Shown piece by piece: positions 30,462 through 39,708 of a DNA stretch of 64,000 nt. A model generated the notes under the pieces. The model ran no database searches. It worked only from the letters and a program-made list of their open reading frames with translations, and was not told the DNA's origin. Source of the DNA: Candidatus Omnitrophota bacterium (GTDB taxonomy: Bacteria; Omnitrophota; Gorgyraeia; Duberdicusellales; 4484-171). A program made the translations under genes and the position numbers. The stretch is taken from NCBI GenBank assembly GCA_021735655.1, contig JAIPGM010000005.1:45461-109460 (forward strand). The letters run 5' to 3'. Position 1 is the stretch's first letter. Every line of letters starts with the position of its first letter.

Positions 30462-33400
30462 ATGCGGATTTTAGAAAAAACAATTGCTTACTTTGCCAAC
30501 CGACATCTTTTAACTAACCTAATGTTTGTGGTCGTCTTTATCGGCGGCGTTATCGCCTGGAACAATACCGGCAAAGAAGAACTGCCGGATATTGAATTTG
30601 ACCACGCCCATGTATCGGCTCGCTATCCGGGAGCCACCGCCGAAGAAGTTGAACATTTTCTGACCAAACCCCTGGAAGAACAAATTAAAGGCCTCGACGG
30701 TGTCTACCGAGTAAACAGCACCTCCAGCGACGGTGGGACTAGTATCAGTGTTGACTTCGAACAAAACTACCCCGACCTTGACGAAGCAGTGATGGAATTA
30801 AGAAATGCCGTGCTTGACACTGACCTACCTGATGATGTTACTGATGAACCAGAAGTAAACATCTGGAAAACTACTAAAATGGCAATCATTGATCTTGCCT
30901 TAATCGATACCCGAAAACACCTCCTTGATAAACCATCTCGGCAACGGCTGCAACAATATGCTTACACTCTTGAGCAACAACTGCTGAATATGCCTCAGGT
31001 AAACAGCGTGGAAAAATCCGGCTACCATCAGGAAGAAATAAAAATAATGATCAAGCCGGATAAATTAAAACAGTTCGATATTCCTTTTAACACTGTATTA
31101 CGGGAAGTTAAAAATAACCACATCCGCCAGCCAGCCGGAAACCTGGAAGCAAAAAATGAACCAAAGATTACCCTCCTCTCAGAACTGGATACCGCTGAAA
31201 AATTAAATCAGCTGATAATCCAAGGCGGCTTTGAAGGCCAAGTAGTAAGACTCAAAGAAGTAGCAGATATCGAATATGGATTCGAAAAAAATAATTCCAT
31301 ATCCAAAGTCAACGGCCACGAAGCAATAACACTCAGGGTAGTCAAAAACAGTTCTTACGGTATCCTAGAAGCTATTGAAGCTGTAAAAAAACAGGTTAAA
31401 AATTTTCAAAATACCAGCTTGCAGAATACCGATATCCAGCTAGTCAGTCTTGATGATGAATCAGTAGATTTAAAAAACCGTTTATCGATCGTAGTAACTA
31501 ACGGTGCTATCGGTTTTATTCTAATTTTAATCAGTCTGTTTTTCTTTTTGAATTTTCGCTCAGGTCTCTGGGTAGCTATGGGCATACCCTTTACCCTCTG
31601 TTTTTCAATGATTTGCGTAGCCATGGCCGGCTATACTATCAACAACATAACTTTAGCGGCGGTAATAATTGTTTTAGGCATGATCGTTGACGATGCTATT
31701 GTGGTATCAGAAAATATCAGCCGCCTGCGTCTACAAGGTATACCCGACGAAGAAGCGGTAGTCAATGGCACGGCTTTTGTTTTTCTGCCGGTAGTAGCCA
31801 GTATCTTAACCACCTGTATTGCTTTTGTGCCGCTGTTTTTTTTTCAAGCCCGCTTCGGCAAAATGTTGGTATTCATCCCGCCGATAATCTTTTTTATGCT
31901 CGGAGCCAGCCTCTTTGAATCTTTATTCATCCTCCCTGGACATATGCATCTTAAAGTTCCGATTTTTAACCAGCTGGTAAATCGGTTTAAGAAAAATAAA
32001 TCTAAGCCCTTAAAAACTAACTGGTTTAACAAAGTAGAAGATATGTACGGCGGGATCCTTAAGCGGCTGCTACCTTTTAAATGGCTCATCTTTATCGGCT
32101 TTATCGGCCTTTTGATATTTTCCGGATTCATCATCAAGACTAAGATGAAATATGTAATGTTTCCCGACGAAGAGACGCGTGAAATCAGGATCTCTGGCGA
32201 AGCACGCCTTGATGCTGACCGCTATGAAACTGCTGAGCTAACCCAAAAAGTAGAAGAAATGATTCTGTCCTACTTAGGAAAAGAAGTGATCGGTTTTCGC
32301 ACTCAAATAGCTAGAAACCGCTGGGGAAGAGCGATCCAGGAAAATAAATTTCAGATGCGTATTGAGATCCTGCCCAAAGAAAAACGTAAGAAATCTGCCG
32401 ACCAACTGATTAAAGAATGGGAAAATAAATTCTCAGGAATAAGCGGCCTGGTCAATCTAAAAGCCTCTAAGAGCCGCTGGGGACATTCTAGCGGTAGTCC
32501 GATAGAGATAATCGTCCAGGAAAACAATGATCAGACCAGAAAAAAAATAGTTGAAAAACTGGTTGAAGCGATGAAAAACCACCCGGGGCTAGAAAATGTA
32601 GAAATAGATGAACCTTTGGAAAATCCCGAATATAAAATAAGTCTTAACCGGGAAAAAATTAAACGCCTCTCGATAACTCCAGCTGATGTCTCATCAACCT
32701 TAAGAGCTGCCCTAGAAGGAACGATCGCTTATGAATTATTAAAAGGTGATGAAGAAGTGAATGTCCGTTTTACTGTTATCGAAGCCGCTAAAACTGATAT
32801 TGAAAAAATCCTTGATATCCCGATAGAGAATGCCGGAAATTATCTGGTACCTTTGCGAAATATCGTAGAAGTCAATCAAACCCTAACCCCTAACTCCATC
32901 GAAAGAAAAGATTCGAAACGCCTCACCACTATTTTTGCTGATATAAATAGCAGCTCAAAACTCACCCCGTTAGAAATAGCCAAGCAACTTGAAGCTAAAC
33001 AATTACCCGAGATTTTATCCCAATACCCCACGGCTTTAATTAACTTTGAAGGAGAAATAAAAGATACCCGTGAAAGCAAAGGTGACTTTACCGGATCAAT
33101 AGTGATGGCTGTTTTGCTTATTTATATTGTCTTAGTCTTATTATTTAATTCCCTGATCAAACCGCTGATTATTATGCTGGCTATTCCTTTTGGCATCGTC
33201 GGTATAGTTTTGGCTTTCTGGCTGCATGGCAAAGTTTTATTCGGATTTTTCGCCGCAATCGGCGCGATCGGCTTAGCCGGTGTTGTGGTCAATGACTCAA
33301 TAATCATGCTGGTAAAACTGGAGAAAAGCTACGATAAATCGCTAAACAAAGATCATTACAACCAGCAGATAGCTGATATTGCTAAAACCCGTTTAAGAGC

Positions 33401-33599
33401 CGTGGTCTTAACCACCCTTACTACGGTAGCCGGGCTTTTGCCTACTGCCTACGGCTTTACCGGCTATGATGCAATGTTAGCTGAGATGATGCTGGCTCTT
33501 TGCTGGGGCTTGATCTTCGGAACCCTGATCACCTTAATTTTAGTTCCCTGTATGTATAGCCTAATTAAACAAATGCACTTTAGACTACAAAAAACATGA
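30462..33599 (+). CDS. RND superfamily efflux transporter (AcrB/HAE1-like)
   Basis: 1045 aa in two halves, each with a large periplasmic loop and six TMs. Conserved GMIVDDAIVV and VVNDSIIM motifs. Stop overlaps the downstream OMP start (ATGA). Confidence 0.9.
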   Translation: MRILEKTIAYFANRHLLTNLMFVVVFIGGVIAWNNTGKEELPDIEFDHAHVSARYPGATAEEVEHFLTKPLEEQIKGLDGVYRVNSTSSDGGTSISVDFEQNYPDLDEAVMELRNAVLDTDLPDDVTDEPEVNIWKTTKMAIIDLALIDTRKHLLDKPSRQRLQQYAYTLEQQLLNMPQVNSVEKSGYHQEEIKIMIKPDKLKQFDIPFNTVLREVKNNHIRQPAGNLEAKNEPKITLLSELDTAEKLNQLIIQGGFEGQVVRLKEVADIEYGFEKNNSISKVNGHEAITLRVVKNSSYGILEAIEAVKKQVKNFQNTSLQNTDIQLVSLDDESVDLKNRLSIVVTNGAIGFILILISLFFFLNFRSGLWVAMGIPFTLCFSMICVAMAGYTINNITLAAVIIVLGMIVDDAIVVSENISRLRLQGIPDEEAVVNGTAFVFLPVVASILTTCIAFVPLFFFQARFGKMLVFIPPIIFFMLGASLFESLFILPGHMHLKVPIFNQLVNRFKKNKSKPLKTNWFNKVEDMYGGILKRLLPFKWLIFIGFIGLLIFSGFIIKTKMKYVMFPDEETREIRISGEARLDADRYETAELTQKVEEMILSYLGKEVIGFRTQIARNRWGRAIQENKFQMRIEILPKEKRKKSADQLIKEWENKFSGISGLVNLKASKSRWGHSSGSPIEIIVQENNDQTRKKIVEKLVEAMKNHPGLENVEIDEPLENPEYKISLNREKIKRLSITPADVSSTLRAALEGTIAYELLKGDEEVNVRFTVIEAAKTDIEKILDIPIENAGNYLVPLRNIVEVNQTLTPNSIERKDSKRLTTIFADINSSSKLTPLEIAKQLEAKQLPEILSQYPTALINFEGEIKDTRESKGDFTGSIVMAVLLIYIVLVLLFNSLIKPLIIMLAIPFGIVGIVLAFWLHGKVLFGFFAAIGAIGLAGVVVNDSIIMLVKLEKSYDKSLNKDHYNQQIADIAKTRLRAVVLTTLTTVAGLLPTAYGFTGYDAMLAEMMLALCWGLIFGTLITLILVPCMYSLIKQMHFRLQKT

Positions 33600-34993
33600 A
33601 GAAAATAACTATAGTCTATTTATTTTCTTTTTTGATTTTGTTGACGGTCTACGCTCAAGAAGAACCACAAGAAATCTCCCTGGAAGAATTCATCCAGAAA
33701 GCCTGCCGTAAAGATACGGTGTTTCAGTCGATCCTTATTGATGAACTAGCCCTCAAATACCGAAAAGCGCTGACCCTTCCGGCTGGAGATTTAGTAGTCT
33801 CAATAACCAATCAATATCATACTTTTTTTAATCCCAAAGAAAACGAAATAGACAATTCCTTTTCCTTAAGTAAATTATTTCCCAACACCGGAACCACAGT
33901 CAGCGCTGACTATACTTCTTCGGTTTCAAACAGTAGCCGGGCAGTTAATTCAGAATTAGATCTTTATATTTCCCAGCCGATCGCCGAGAATGCTTTTGGT
34001 AAAGATACCCGCCTATTAGATAAACTTACCGGTATTGAAATCGATGTGGCCCAGCATCAAGTCATTGAAGCCTACGAAGACTACCTAGCCTCTTTGGTTC
34101 AGACCTATCTTGACTGGTATTCAGCCTACAAAAGCGTAGAAACAGCTGAAAATTCCTACAAAGTGAATCTGAAACTCTTAAAAAACGTTAAAGAACGCCA
34201 GCGTAACAGCATTGCCTTACCAATTGATGTTAATAAAATTAATGTCCAAGTCCTAGCTAAAGAGGAAAACCTAGTTTCCCTTAAAAATCAATATACCGAA
34301 TACTTTAATCTGATCAAGCAAGCTCTACGTAGTGATGAAAATATAGAACTTAAGCCTTTAGATCCTGATTCTTACGATCAAATTGCAATTGACTTTGACA
34401 ACGGCTATCAGCAATTCCGTAGCCAAAGCCGAACCTATCAGATGCTTTTGCTGTTAGAAGAAAAAAGTTCAGTTCAAGTAGCCAGAGATGCTGATAAACT
34501 CCTACCATCTATCGACTTAAAACTTGGTTACTTAATAGAGGGCGATAACCACGGGTTAAGCAATAACCAGAATACGTTCTACGGTAAAATCGAACTAGAC
34601 TGGCCTTTTTTCGGCCAAAAAGAACAAGCACAGCATGAAACCTCAAAAATCGCTCAGCGCAAACAAAAGCTTAATAATCAAAGTACTTATGCTGACCTTT
34701 ACACTAATCTAAAAAATATTTATGAGGCTGTCGAACGAGAAAAGAAACTAATCTCCCTGTCCGATGAAAAAATTGGCCTGGCTGAAGCTATCGTCAAAGA
34801 TGAAACTAAAAACTACTCTTACGGCAAAGTGACCTTAAAAGATTATATCGATGAAATCAACAAGTTGGAAGATAATAAGTTCACTAAAATTACCCATACC
34901 ATTCAACTGCGCAAGCTAATCGTCGAATGGCTGCGCTTAAACGATCTTTTGATCACTCAAGACGAAACCCTAACCTTAACTGCCCCCGAATAA
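33596..34993 (+). CDS. Outer-membrane efflux protein (TolC/OEP family)
   Basis: Signal peptide. Two internally repeated helical/beta segments typical of OEP. Translationally coupled to the RND gene. Confidence 0.7.
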   Translation: MKKITIVYLFSFLILLTVYAQEEPQEISLEEFIQKACRKDTVFQSILIDELALKYRKALTLPAGDLVVSITNQYHTFFNPKENEIDNSFSLSKLFPNTGTTVSADYTSSVSNSSRAVNSELDLYISQPIAENAFGKDTRLLDKLTGIEIDVAQHQVIEAYEDYLASLVQTYLDWYSAYKSVETAENSYKVNLKLLKNVKERQRNSIALPIDVNKINVQVLAKEENLVSLKNQYTEYFNLIKQALRSDENIELKPLDPDSYDQIAIDFDNGYQQFRSQSRTYQMLLLLEEKSSVQVARDADKLLPSIDLKLGYLIEGDNHGLSNNQNTFYGKIELDWPFFGQKEQAQHETSKIAQRKQKLNNQSTYADLYTNLKNIYEAVEREKKLISLSDEKIGLAEAIVKDETKNYSYGKVTLKDYIDEINKLEDNKFTKITHTIQLRKLIVEWLRLNDLLITQDETLTLTAPE

Positions 34994-34997
34994 AAAA

Positions 34998-35018
34998 GCC
35001 TGCCAAGAAATGGCAGGC
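34998..35018. terminator. Stem-loop GCCTGCCA-AGAA-ATGGCAGGC between convergent operons, flanked by A-run/T-run (bidirectional terminator candidate)
   Basis: Perfect 8-bp stem 4 nt after the OMP stop. A T-tract follows on the minus strand, 120 nt downstream of ccdA. Confidence 0.6.
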
Positions 35019-35141
35019 TAAAAAGTTTGTAATTCGAAGACTGGCTCCCCCCAATTGGACGAATTTCGAAACTTTCTAAAAAAATTTAGATATTATTATG
35101 CAGCCGCTAACAAGAAAAAATTGGACACCATATTAATATTA

Positions 35142-35837
35142 TCACCATAATGTATTAACAACAGTATAATTCCAAATAAAATAAATCCCAACAAGTATGA
35201 ATATAATGCCCGTAATCTTCCTCGTGTATAATTCTAGCACCGCTACTTTATGGAACCATTTCGAAAAAGAAGTAACACCCGCAGCAATTCCCAAGGCAAA
35301 TACAACTACAGGAATACCTGTACCTATACCATAGAAAAAAGGTAAAATAATCCCATGAGGACTCTTTAAAGCAAGAGGGATTAAGCTGCCGAAAAATAGG
35401 GCTGCCGCTATTGGACAAAAAGATAAAGCAAACACTGCCCCAAGAACAAAAGCCCCCCTGGCTCCTGATTCTGACAATGCTGTCTGCTTGTCTTTAGAAA
35501 TTGAGAATCTCAAAGCATTTATTTTTAGTATATCTAGCAAAGACAATCCAACCATTAGCAAAATAGGACCCAAAATCTTATTCATGTATTTCTGCAAAAA
35601 ATTAGCTACTATCGGAATACTAACCAAAGAAGTTATGATAATAGATCCTAACACCGCATAGGTAAGCATACGCCCAACAGTATAAGCAAGGCTTGATTGC
35701 AATACTTGTTTTGGATGATTTATTCTTTTTGATAGAAATGATATAGCCGCTATATTTGTAGCAAAAGGACAGGGACTTATTGAGGTGAGAATTCCAAACC
35801 ACAATGCAGAAACCAATGGTAGCACAATTTCAATCAT
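35142..35837 (-). CDS. ccdA: CcdA/DsbD-family transmembrane thiol-disulfide electron transporter
   Basis: Six TMs with membrane-embedded Cys in TM1 (SPCPF) and TM4 (SFCPIAA), typical of DsbD_2/CcdA. Confidence 0.7.
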   Translation of the reverse strand: MIEIVLPLVSALWFGILTSISPCPFATNIAAISFLSKRINHPKQVLQSSLAYTVGRMLTYAVLGSIIITSLVSIPIVANFLQKYMNKILGPILLMVGLSLLDILKINALRFSISKDKQTALSESGARGAFVLGAVFALSFCPIAAALFFGSLIPLALKSPHGIILPFFYGIGTGIPVVVFALGIAAGVTSFSKWFHKVAVLELYTRKITGIIFILVGIYFIWNYTVVNTLW

Positions 35838-35839
35838 CT

Positions 35840-36256
35840 CTAAATATCCTTTAAGTAAGTGCTAATTTCAGTTGTGACATAGTTAAAAAATTTCTTTTTA
35901 TCTCTTACATATTCCCATATTTTGGTAAGTTTCTTATGCTTTATTTCTTTGCCATCTTCAATGTATGAAATTACAAGAGTTTTTGTGTAGAGTTGGTATT
36001 CATCCACGAAATGCTTATTCTCTTTTTCTTCAATATTCACTTCCTTAAAGACCAACAAGCCCTTAACCAGCTCGTCTTTAAAATTTTCTTCAATTGCTTC
36101 CTTTGCATACTGCTCCATCTTATAACAAGTCACGCAACGTGCATTGCCGTGAAAATAATACGCAATTATTTTAGTATCTTCACCAAACGCCATTGTTATA
36201 TTTATTGATAACAATGCCATTAAAATAATTAGTAGAAAAATTTTCTTTATAGCCAT
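35840..36256 (-). CDS. Secreted thioredoxin-fold protein with CxxC (CVTC)
   Basis: Signal peptide. The CVTCYKM redox motif sits at the start of a helix in a Trx-like fold of ~138 aa. Confidence 0.65.
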   Translation of the reverse strand: MAIKKIFLLIILMALLSINITMAFGEDTKIIAYYFHGNARCVTCYKMEQYAKEAIEENFKDELVKGLLVFKEVNIEEKENKHFVDEYQLYTKTLVISYIEDGKEIKHKKLTKIWEYVRDKKKFFNYVTTEISTYLKDI

Positions 36257-36259
36257 GTC

Positions 36260-37216
36260 TTACATTACCAATTGAAGCATATTGAATAAATATCCTGTAA
36301 TAATTATCGCCACCGTTGTTATTCCAAAAAAGATTGTTATTAACTGCAATTTCATTGCTCTCCTTAAGATTATCGCTTCCGGAAAACTCAAGGCAGCTGT
36401 TGCCATCATAAAAGCAAGCGCTGTCCCCAGAGGAACACCTTTTTTAAATAAAACCACCGCTATCGGCACAATTGCCGCACAACTCCCATACATTGGCACA
36501 CCTAAAATAGCTGCGATAGGCACTGAAAATAGGCCTGTTTTACTTATTATTGTATGTATTGTTTCTTGGGGGATATAGTTATGGATAAAAGCACCTATAC
36601 CTACGCCTAATAATACCCACATCCATAATTTTTTTGTAATAGATTTGGCCTCATCTATTCCAAAAGCAAGCCTATCTCTTATCCCTTTGTAATCTACCTC
36701 TTTAATCACTTGTTTATCTTCTGAGACTAAGCCTTTAACAAGATATCTCTCTAAGTTCATCTTCCCCAGAATTACCCCTGAGAAAACACCTATTATAATT
36801 CCGCTTAATACATAAAAAAGAGTAATTTTCCATCCGAAAAAACCAAGCATTACTATTACCAAATACTCATTAATCAAGGGTGAAGTTATCAAAAAAGAAA
36901 ACGTAGCCCCTAAGGGGATACCGGCTTCTAAAAAACTCAAAAAAATAGGTATAGATGAACATGAACAAAATGGAGTTATTGAACCAAAAAGCGAAGCAAA
37001 AAGATTACCGAGAACTTTCTTCTTACCAATCCAATTCTTAATCTTATTCTGAGATATGTAAGTTCTAACAAAACCGATGGCTGCTATCATGAAAAACAAC
37101 AGTAATAGTATTTTAATAGCGTCATACAAAAAGAAATTAGTTACTCCTGCCAATCTTGACTCCGGGGCCAAGCCAAAAACAGAATAAACTAACCAATCTA
37201 TTATCGGCTGCAGCAT
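36260..37216 (-). CDS. Permease of the DUF318/ArsP family (TPFCSCS motif)
   Basis: About 8-10 TMs. The signature [13 protein letters not shown] is diagnostic of the predicted-permease family that includes ArsP. Confidence 0.7.
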   Translation of the reverse strand: MLQPIIDWLVYSVFGLAPESRLAGVTNFFLYDAIKILLLLFFMIAAIGFVRTYISQNKIKNWIGKKKVLGNLFASLFGSITPFCSCSSIPIFLSFLEAGIPLGATFSFLITSPLINEYLVIVMLGFFGWKITLFYVLSGIIIGVFSGVILGKMNLERYLVKGLVSEDKQVIKEVDYKGIRDRLAFGIDEAKSITKKLWMWVLLGVGIGAFIHNYIPQETIHTIISKTGLFSVPIAAILGVPMYGSCAAIVPIAVVLFKKGVPLGTALAFMMATAALSFPEAIILRRAMKLQLITIFFGITTVAIIITGYLFNMLQLVM

Positions 37217-37337
37217 GATTTGCCCTTATCTTTATCCTTACTCTCACAACAAGATTTTGTTTTTGCCTTTTTTTCCATCTTTTTATCTAACTTTTCCACT
37301 AACTTACAAAAAAAACCTTTCTTCTTTTTTGAATCAC

Positions 37338-37640
37338 TCATTTCTTCCTCCTTGTAATTTTGCAACATCCACCCTCAATCTTTATTGCTTTTATATTTAC
37401 CAATGCATCACCTATTTTACTATAGGCAGAAGCAATTATTCTTGAAAAGGTAGGCCGAGATATTTTTAGTTTCTTTGCTGCTGCTTCTTGCGTCAATCCT
37501 TCATAATCAGCCAATCTTACTGCCTCAAACTCATCTAAAGTCATGTGTACCCCGTCTAATTGATTAGATGACTTACACTGTGGCCTGAAACATCTTTCTC
37601 CTGGCTCACATTTAACCCATCTGGTCTTTTTCGGTCTCAT
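37338..37640 (-). CDS. DUF134/UPF0251-type small DNA-binding protein (sigma-70 region-4-like HTH, C-terminal Cys pair)
   Basis: N-terminal MRPKKTRWVKCEPG..RCFRPQ pattern is typical of the family. HTH (LTQEAAAKKLKISRPTFSRI). C-terminal GGCCK. Confidence 0.6.
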   Translation of the reverse strand: MRPKKTRWVKCEPGERCFRPQCKSSNQLDGVHMTLDEFEAVRLADYEGLTQEAAAKKLKISRPTFSRIIASAYSKIGDALVNIKAIKIEGGCCKITRRKK

Positions 37641-37650
37641 AGCTACCTCT

Positions 37651-37680
37651 TTATGTTATGAACATATGTTCATAACATAA
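37651..37680. promoter_or_regulatory. Perfect 30-bp palindrome TTATGTTATGAACAT|ATGTTCATAACATAA, 11 bp upstream of the DUF134 operon start codon (candidate operator)
   Basis: Exact 15+15 inverted repeat, verified base by base. Position is consistent with a promoter or operator. Confidence 0.6.
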
Positions 37681-37710
37681 TATCAGCCAAAACCGCTCAT
37701 GTCAAAAAAA

Positions 37711-37739
37711 ATATCCCGAAGGAAAAATCTTCGGGATAT
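37711..37739 (-). terminator. Rho-independent terminator of the MBL-rhodanese gene
   Basis: Stem ATATCCCGAAG / CTTCGGGATAT with an 8-nt T-run on the minus strand, ~110 nt after the stop at 37850. Confidence 0.7.
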
Positions 37740-37849
37740 TAAAAAATAAATATAAGCTCTAATCCAAAACTATTAAAATTATTTACCGATTATTACCTCC
37801 CACAACCTGTAACCATGTTAGCTTAATTCTTCTAAATCTTTCACCTGAA

Positions 37850-39091
37850 TCATTGACTGATTGAACAAGTTCCACCGCCGATTTTCGACTTGTATATCTT
37901 TTTGTTATAAGGAAGCTTCATCAGCAACATTCCCATAAGGCAACTATTAGTTACCCCGGCAAAAATTAAAGCACAAGCAACCCATATTGAAATCCAAATA
38001 AAACCACTATGTAAAAAGTAAGCTAAAACTATCCCTAACAACATCAAAATTCCAGCAACAACTCTCACTTGTCGCTCCAAAGACACCGAAGACTCCCCTT
38101 TGAGGACCGGAAATTTCTGCTTTTGCCAGGCAATTAAGCCTCCCTTCATTACTTTAACCGAAACAATGCCAGACTGCAATAACATATCAGCAGCCATCGG
38201 AGAACGGTTTCCGGTACGACAAAACACTATATACGATCGATCAGTCTGACTTAAATCTTTTATTTTAGAATTCAACATATCTATTGGAATATTGATTGAA
38301 TCCTTAATATGGGACTCATTAAACTCTAATGCTGAACGCACATCTAAAAACTTCAAATTAGAGTCTTTAGAAGCATACTCTTTAGCTTCACCAGCTGAAA
38401 CCATCTCTAAGGTCGTAGCTTCCCCTTTCTGATTAACCCTAATGATATTATCAATATTAAATGGTTTAGGAAGCTGCTTTGAACGAGCGTCGCTGACAAA
38501 CTTATCTTTACTGATTTGGCGCATAAAAGGATTATTATTTTTTTCCTTGGCAATAGTAGATGAAACCTTCCCGTTGTAGTCGTGCGAAGGAAAAATAATA
38601 GTGTCTCCCGGAAAATTCTTAAACCTCTGTAAAGTTTCAAACATTGCTTCCGGAGACCCATTTTGAAAATCGGTTCTCCCGACACTTCCGATCAGAAGAA
38701 CGTCACCGGTAAATAATCGACCCTCTCCGTAAATAGCTATGGTATCATCGGTGTGACCAGGAGCATATACAACCTTAAACTGCTTTGTTGCTAAAGCTAT
38801 AGTATCCCCATCTTTAAGCTTTTGATCAACTACTTCGGAAATTACTTTTTCGTGCATCAAAACAGGTACTTTAAGCAATTTCTTCAAATTTGCCGCTAAA
38901 GAAAAATGATCAGCATGAGTATGGGTATCGATTATATACTTTAAGTTTAGTTTCTTTTTTTTAAGATAATTGAGATAGTCTTCCTGAAGGCTTATATGTG
39001 GATCGATAACTAAGGCTTGATTTTGCGAGCCTAAAATATAAGAATAGCAACTTCCAGCAGTAAATTGTTTCATTGAAAAATCTTTATTCAT
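37850..39091 (-). CDS. Fusion protein: MBL-fold (persulfide dioxygenase/glyoxalase II-like) + rhodanese + C-terminal two-TM DUF2892-like domain (CstB-like)
   Basis: HTHADHFS metal motif. Rhodanese active-site loop FCRTGNRS. Hydrophobic C-terminal ~70 aa. Confidence 0.7.
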   Translation of the reverse strand: MNKDFSMKQFTAGSCYSYILGSQNQALVIDPHISLQEDYLNYLKKKKLNLKYIIDTHTHADHFSLAANLKKLLKVPVLMHEKVISEVVDQKLKDGDTIALATKQFKVVYAPGHTDDTIAIYGEGRLFTGDVLLIGSVGRTDFQNGSPEAMFETLQRFKNFPGDTIIFPSHDYNGKVSSTIAKEKNNNPFMRQISKDKFVSDARSKQLPKPFNIDNIIRVNQKGEATTLEMVSAGEAKEYASKDSNLKFLDVRSALEFNESHIKDSINIPIDMLNSKIKDLSQTDRSYIVFCRTGNRSPMAADMLLQSGIVSVKVMKGGLIAWQKQKFPVLKGESSVSLERQVRVVAGILMLLGIVLAYFLHSGFIWISIWVACALIFAGVTNSCLMGMLLMKLPYNKKIYKSKIGGGTCSISQ

Positions 39092-39187
39092 ACCCCCCCT
39101 TTTTTTTACTTAATTTAATGATAAAACTTAGTTTCAAAATGTCAAGAAACAAAAAAGCCTGCCAAGAAATGGCAGGCCAAAAAGCAA

Positions 39188-39221
39188 AACCCCTTGCAGT
39201 CTCAATGATTGCAAGGGGTTT
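39188..39221 (-). terminator. Terminator hairpin after the small secreted peptide gene
   Basis: Stem AAACCCCTTGCA / TGCAAGGGGTTT with an 11-nt loop. U-rich on the minus strand. Confidence 0.55.
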
Positions 39222-39244
39222 AAAATTCAACTCACTAAAGAGAA

Positions 39245-39394
39245 TTACCAACCAGGTCCATCAGGGATACCATCTCCTGAATTAGGAGCTGGACCAGGCC
39301 CATTTCCCTTTTTGCTCTTTTCTTCAGCGAAAGAACTTCCAACAGTAGCAAGGAATAAGAGTAAGATTAGGATTAAACCAGTAACTTTTTTCAT
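39245..39394 (-). CDS. Small secreted Gly/Pro-rich peptide (49 aa; below the ORF-track cutoff)
   Basis: GGAGGTGAG RBS 6 nt upstream of the ATG. The peptide MKKVTGLILILLLFLATVGSSFA-EEKSKKGNGPGPAPNSGDGIPDGPGW has a clear signal peptide. Own terminator downstream. Confidence 0.55.
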   Translation of the reverse strand: MKKVTGLILILLLFLATVGSSFAEEKSKKGNGPGPAPNSGDGIPDGPGW

Positions 39395-39708
39395 ACTCAC
39401 CTCCTTCTAGATTATTAAACTTCTATTTATTTTATCGCATGGATTTTTCCTGTCAAATAATTAAAAAGAATGTTAAAGTCAAGCCTTTATATCTTACATT
39501 ACGGCAACTTTTTAACTACTATGTCAAATGTAAAAGTGCTGACCCCTTCAGGACGACAGGCAAAAAAATACCCCCCATCAAACAACAGAAAAGCAACAAC
39601 TACAAGCTCCTTGTCTAAGTCTATACCCATTATTCTTCCTAAAATACAAATTTATCAATTTATCTATAGATGTTGACCAACCCCTCCGCCTTGGTATAAT
39701 AATATCGA

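Noticed and set aside
39073-39285. 70-aa plus-strand ORF (MKNLYSY...KKACQEMAGQKA...)
   Set aside because: Its translation runs straight through two terminator hairpins, and the KKACQEMAGQ segment is the GCCTGCCAAGAAATGGCAGGC stem itself. The real gene here is the minus-strand 49-aa peptide.
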